Shown here in pieces: positions 61,081 through 64,000 of a stretch of DNA of 64,000 nucleotides. The stretch covers positions 512,001-576,000 of the forward strand of contig CBDHHL010000032.1 of NCBI GenBank assembly GCA_965263355.1, in the 5' to 3' direction. The translations under genes and the position numbers were made by a program. Each line of letters begins with the position of its first letter. Position 1 is the stretch's first letter. The stretch is from Leptolyngbyaceae cyanobacterium. Its GTDB lineage: Bacteria; Cyanobacteriota; Cyanobacteriia; Phormidesmidales; Phormidesmidaceae. The notes under the pieces were generated by a model that ran no database searches, was not told the origin of the DNA, and saw only the letters and a program-made list of their open reading frames with translations.

Positions 61081-62718
61081 CTAATCTGTAAAACTCCGAT
61101 CCATTGCCCCAACAGCAACCGTCTCCCCCAACAAACTCTCCAATGCTAACGACTGCGCCATTGGCATCTGCCCATAGCTAAACACCCAGGGCACATCATC
61201 CGTTAGTAACAACTTTTCTAACAAATAGGGACTGCCGTAAACAACCACTGCCTGCAAGTCCCCTGCCAGCATGTCCAAATACTTTCGTGCCATCTGCACT
61301 ACAGGCTCACCTCGCCGAAATGGATTATCTCGCACAAATAGCTGCACCAGTGTCGGCAACCCTGTCTTTGGTAACTGCGACGACCGACTATCCAACAGTG
61401 TTAACTCATAACCCCACCCCATGGGTTCAGTAATCGCCGGAGCCGTCCTCGGCAAAAAGTGCCCCGAGCTCAAAACATCATCCACCAAAATCACAGTTTG
61501 TCCCTGTTTCTTCGGTTTAAATCCAGCCCCCTCCTGCCGACTAGACGCTCGTAAGATATTTCTTGCCAACTCTAATGTCTCAGGCTGAGCCAACTGCCGT
61601 ACATGGGTTATCGGCTCCGCAGGTTCCCAATTATGGCAGGACGGTCCCGCACTTAATGGCCCCGATACCTTATGCTTCGCCTGCCAGATCCGTTCCACCG
61701 ATGCTCGAATCTGAGCCTCATCCAAACGTCCCACCCGCACCGCTTCACAAATCGCCTGAATGCAACCTTCCACATCCGCAGGCATCATAATCACGTCTGC
61801 CCCTGCTTCTACAGCTAATACCGTTGCCTCATAGGCACCATAGGTGTTTGTAATTGCCCCCATGATCAAAGCATCGGTGACGATCAGCCCATCAAATCCC
61901 AACTCCTGCCGCAGTAGTCCCGTTAAAATCGGCTTCGACAATGTAGCCGGGTACTGCTTATCCAGAGCACTCAGGCAAATATGCGCTGTCATCACCGCAT
62001 CTACGGGTTTACCTGCTCCAGGAGAAATCGCGCCCTTAAACGGTGCTAGTTCTATCCGATCTAATCTCCCTAAATCATGGTCAATTACTGGCAGACTCAA
62101 GTGTGAATCGACAGACGTATCACCATGGCCTGGAAAATGCTTCGCTGCTGTCAGTACCGGGTATTCCTGTGCCCCGCAGATAAATGACTGGGTCAGCGCG
62201 GTAACAATCTCTGGCGTTTCCCCAAACGCCCGCACATTAATCACAGGGTTCGCCGGATTGTTGTTTATATCTACCACCGGAGCCAGCACCCAATTAAGGC
62301 CAATGGCCATTGCTTCACGGGCCGTACATTGGCCAAACTGATAGGCGTAGGTTTTTGCCAGTTTTAAATTAGTCCGGGCAATTTCTCCTAATGCCATCGG
62401 CGGTGGAAACCAGATAGCACCGCTAAAGCGTTGACCGACACCTTCTTCAATATCCGCTGAGATTAAGAGTGGGATTTCTGCCATAGCCTGGAGCGTTTGA
62501 CAGCGTAAGGCAACTTCAGCGCCACTACCGCCTAAAAGAATGACACCACCTACCCCTAGATCGGAGATATAATAAGCCATTTGGGCATTTGTAGCTTCCC
62601 AGGCAGGGTATTCAATTTCGTGATCGAATAAATGCCCGGTGGTCCGGACGACGATCATCTGGGCAACGAGCTGAGCTAGGGAAAGGCTATCGGGGTCGGG
62701 CAGGATGGGTTTTAGCAT
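61081..62718 (-). CDS. Glycoside hydrolase family 3, beta-N-acetylhexosaminidase (NagZ-like)
   Basis: ADIEEG, LAPVVD, KHFPGHGDTSVDSH, MTAH, VTDAL. Confidence 0.92.
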   Translation of the reverse strand: MLKPILPDPDSLSLAQLVAQMIVVRTTGHLFDHEIEYPAWEATNAQMAYYISDLGVGGVILLGGSGAEVALRCQTLQAMAEIPLLISADIEEGVGQRFSGAIWFPPPMALGEIARTNLKLAKTYAYQFGQCTAREAMAIGLNWVLAPVVDINNNPANPVINVRAFGETPEIVTALTQSFICGAQEYPVLTAAKHFPGHGDTSVDSHLSLPVIDHDLGRLDRIELAPFKGAISPGAGKPVDAVMTAHICLSALDKQYPATLSKPILTGLLRQELGFDGLIVTDALIMGAITNTYGAYEATVLAVEAGADVIMMPADVEGCIQAICEAVRVGRLDEAQIRASVERIWQAKHKVSGPLSAGPSCHNWEPAEPITHVRQLAQPETLELARNILRASSRQEGAGFKPKKQGQTVILVDDVLSSGHFLPRTAPAITEPMGWGYELTLLDSRSSQLPKTGLPTLVQLFVRDNPFRRGEPVVQMARKYLDMLAGDLQAVVVYGSPYLLEKLLLTDDVPWVFSYGQMPMAQSLALESLLGETVAVGAMDRSFTD

Positions 62719-62760
62719 TTAGGAAGCTGCTTAGGATAAGGCAATGGGGCGAACGTTATC

Positions 62761-62869
62761 CAGGCCCCCAACCCCCAAGTTTTGAGACTTCAGAGATTAC
62801 TTCCTTGCAGAATACATTGAAGAATAAAAAATCAAAGTCCCCCAAACTTAGAGGATTTAAGGGGGCCTG
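62761..62869. repeat. Cyanobacterial intergenic palindromic repeat / MITE-like element
   Basis: Terminal IR caggccccc / gggggcctg, internal aagtcccccaaa...ggatttaagggggc. Related copy at 37416-37480. Confidence 0.6.
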
Positions 62870-62895
62870 CAAGATATCTGCAAGAAACCTATACC

Positions 62896-63318
62896 CTATA
62901 CTCCATCTTCATCTTCAACAGCGCTAGGCACTACGATAGGAATGCCATCTTCATCTACGTTGTGGCGCTCATGCTGTAACTGGCTGAGCAGATTCAGGAC
63001 CTCAGTTCCTTTTTCAAACGAGACATCCTCTTTGAAAATAATTTCTGGCGTTCGTCTTAAGCGCATACGTCGGCCCAGCTCACCCCGTACATAGGACGTC
63101 GCTGCGGCCAACCCGGCCATGGTTTCTGCCTTGGCATCGTCAGTGCCATAAATACTGACAAACACCTTGGCATGCTGCAGGTCACCGGACACATCTACAG
63201 CGGTAACGCTAACCATGCCTGCTCCGACTCGGTCATCCTTAATATCTGACACGAGCATCTGACTAATTTCGCGCTTAATTGACGCCGATACTTTTGCCAC
63301 TCGACGACTGGTTGCCAT
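62896..63318 (-). CDS. rbfA: Ribosome-binding factor A
   Basis: [10 protein letters not shown]...IKDDRVG...[10 protein letters not shown]...LRRTPEIIF. Confidence 0.97.
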   Translation of the reverse strand: MATSRRVAKVSASIKREISQMLVSDIKDDRVGAGMVSVTAVDVSGDLQHAKVFVSIYGTDDAKAETMAGLAAATSYVRGELGRRMRLRRTPEIIFKEDVSFEKGTEVLNLLSQLQHERHNVDEDGIPIVVPSAVEDEDGV

Positions 63319-63393
63319 GGCTTGCTCCTATCTATAAATGGTTGGCGGGAAATGATTGGCGGGGAATGGTTGGCAGTGCCCACCCTACGACTC

Positions 63394-63591
63394 CTACGAC
63401 AAGCCCAGCATGGCACGTAGGGTAAATGTTAAACATATAAAACCGGCTATCACAGCCCCTATCAGAGCAATGGCTGTAACGCGATTTTCAAACAGCGGCA
63501 ATAGGGGCTTAATCGCGCTGTAAAAGACACCGAGGGTAAATGTAATCAGGTAGCGCGGATAGCGGGATACGTTGGAAAAAAAGTCTTGCAT
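63394..63591 (-). CDS. DUF751 family small membrane protein
   Basis: FFSNVSRYPRYLI...FTLRAMLG, directly upstream of rbfA as is usual in cyanobacteria. Confidence 0.9.
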   Translation of the reverse strand: MQDFFSNVSRYPRYLITFTLGVFYSAIKPLLPLFENRVTAIALIGAVIAGFICLTFTLRAMLGLS

Positions 63592-63797
63592 CGTCTAAAT
63601 TTGGGCTGAAGCAGCCTCTGGTTTAAGCGGACTTATGACCTAAGTTAGGTAAGGTCCTAAATCACGTTCAGGTTAAAGCCTTGAGTTTTAACCCCTTGAG
63701 TTTTAACCGATGAGACCCTAAAGTGCTGAACGTGAACACTGCTATCTATACTACCGTAGGCACTCGATTCTCCTGAGAGGAAGATCCTTAAGAGTTT

Positions 63798-64000
63798 ATG
63801 GTCCAATTGTCTTCACTAGATATAGAACTGCGGCCATTTTTGAAATGGGCTGGAGGCAAACGGCAATTGGTGCCTGAGTTATTGAAATATGTGCCGGATA
63901 CCTATGGTCAATACTATGAACCGTTTATCGGTGGTGGGGCATTGCTGCTGACGCTGCAGCCTGGGATAGCGATGATTAGCGATCGCAACCCAGAACTGAT
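63798..64000 (+). CDS. DNA adenine methyltransferase (Dam/D12 class), 5' part only
   Basis: Manual translation [24 protein letters not shown]...[10 protein letters not shown]...ISDRNPEL. Not in the ORF track because it runs off the window. Confidence 0.9.
   Translation, partial: MVQLSSLDIELRPFLKWAGGKRQLVPELLKYVPDTYGQYYEPFIGGGALLLTLQPGIAMISDRNPEL

Overview
Chromosomal window from a cyanobacterium. Evidence: recurrent HIP1 octamers GCGATCGC, cyanobacterial-type rbp-rpsU and DUF751-rbfA gene pairs, and pentapeptide, PEP-CTERM and Uma2 proteins. Layout from left to right: (1) 3' part of an RTX Ca-binding repeat protein; (2) a DUF3131 (putative glucan hydrolase) cluster, including a formerly three-domain gene whose third domain has decayed; (3) an AT-rich ~20 kb signalling island with a REC-PP2C phosphatase, a stand-alone PAS protein, four histidine kinases, a diguanylate cyclase, an EAL phosphodiesterase and an orphan solute-binding lipoprotein; (4) a decay zone with an IS1-like remnant, an intact IS66 and truncated WD40, AAA-nuclease and AAA_35-CHASE2 genes; (5) the best candidate for a novel system (38.7-47.5 kb): a five-TIR/CHASE2 membrane receptor, a lysozyme-like/M15 peptidase, a SLATT(DUF4231)-GH19 fusion and a TRPM-type SLOG (LSDAT) protein, resembling a TIR-signal/SLOG/pore-plus-lysin module; (6) housekeeping genes: rbp, rpsU, carB, futC-like, aroE, trpB, RNase D-like, rfbF/G/C, SAF oxidoreductase, GH3, rbfA, DUF751 and the start of a Dam methylase. 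All domain calls come from recognising motifs by eye; no database search was run.
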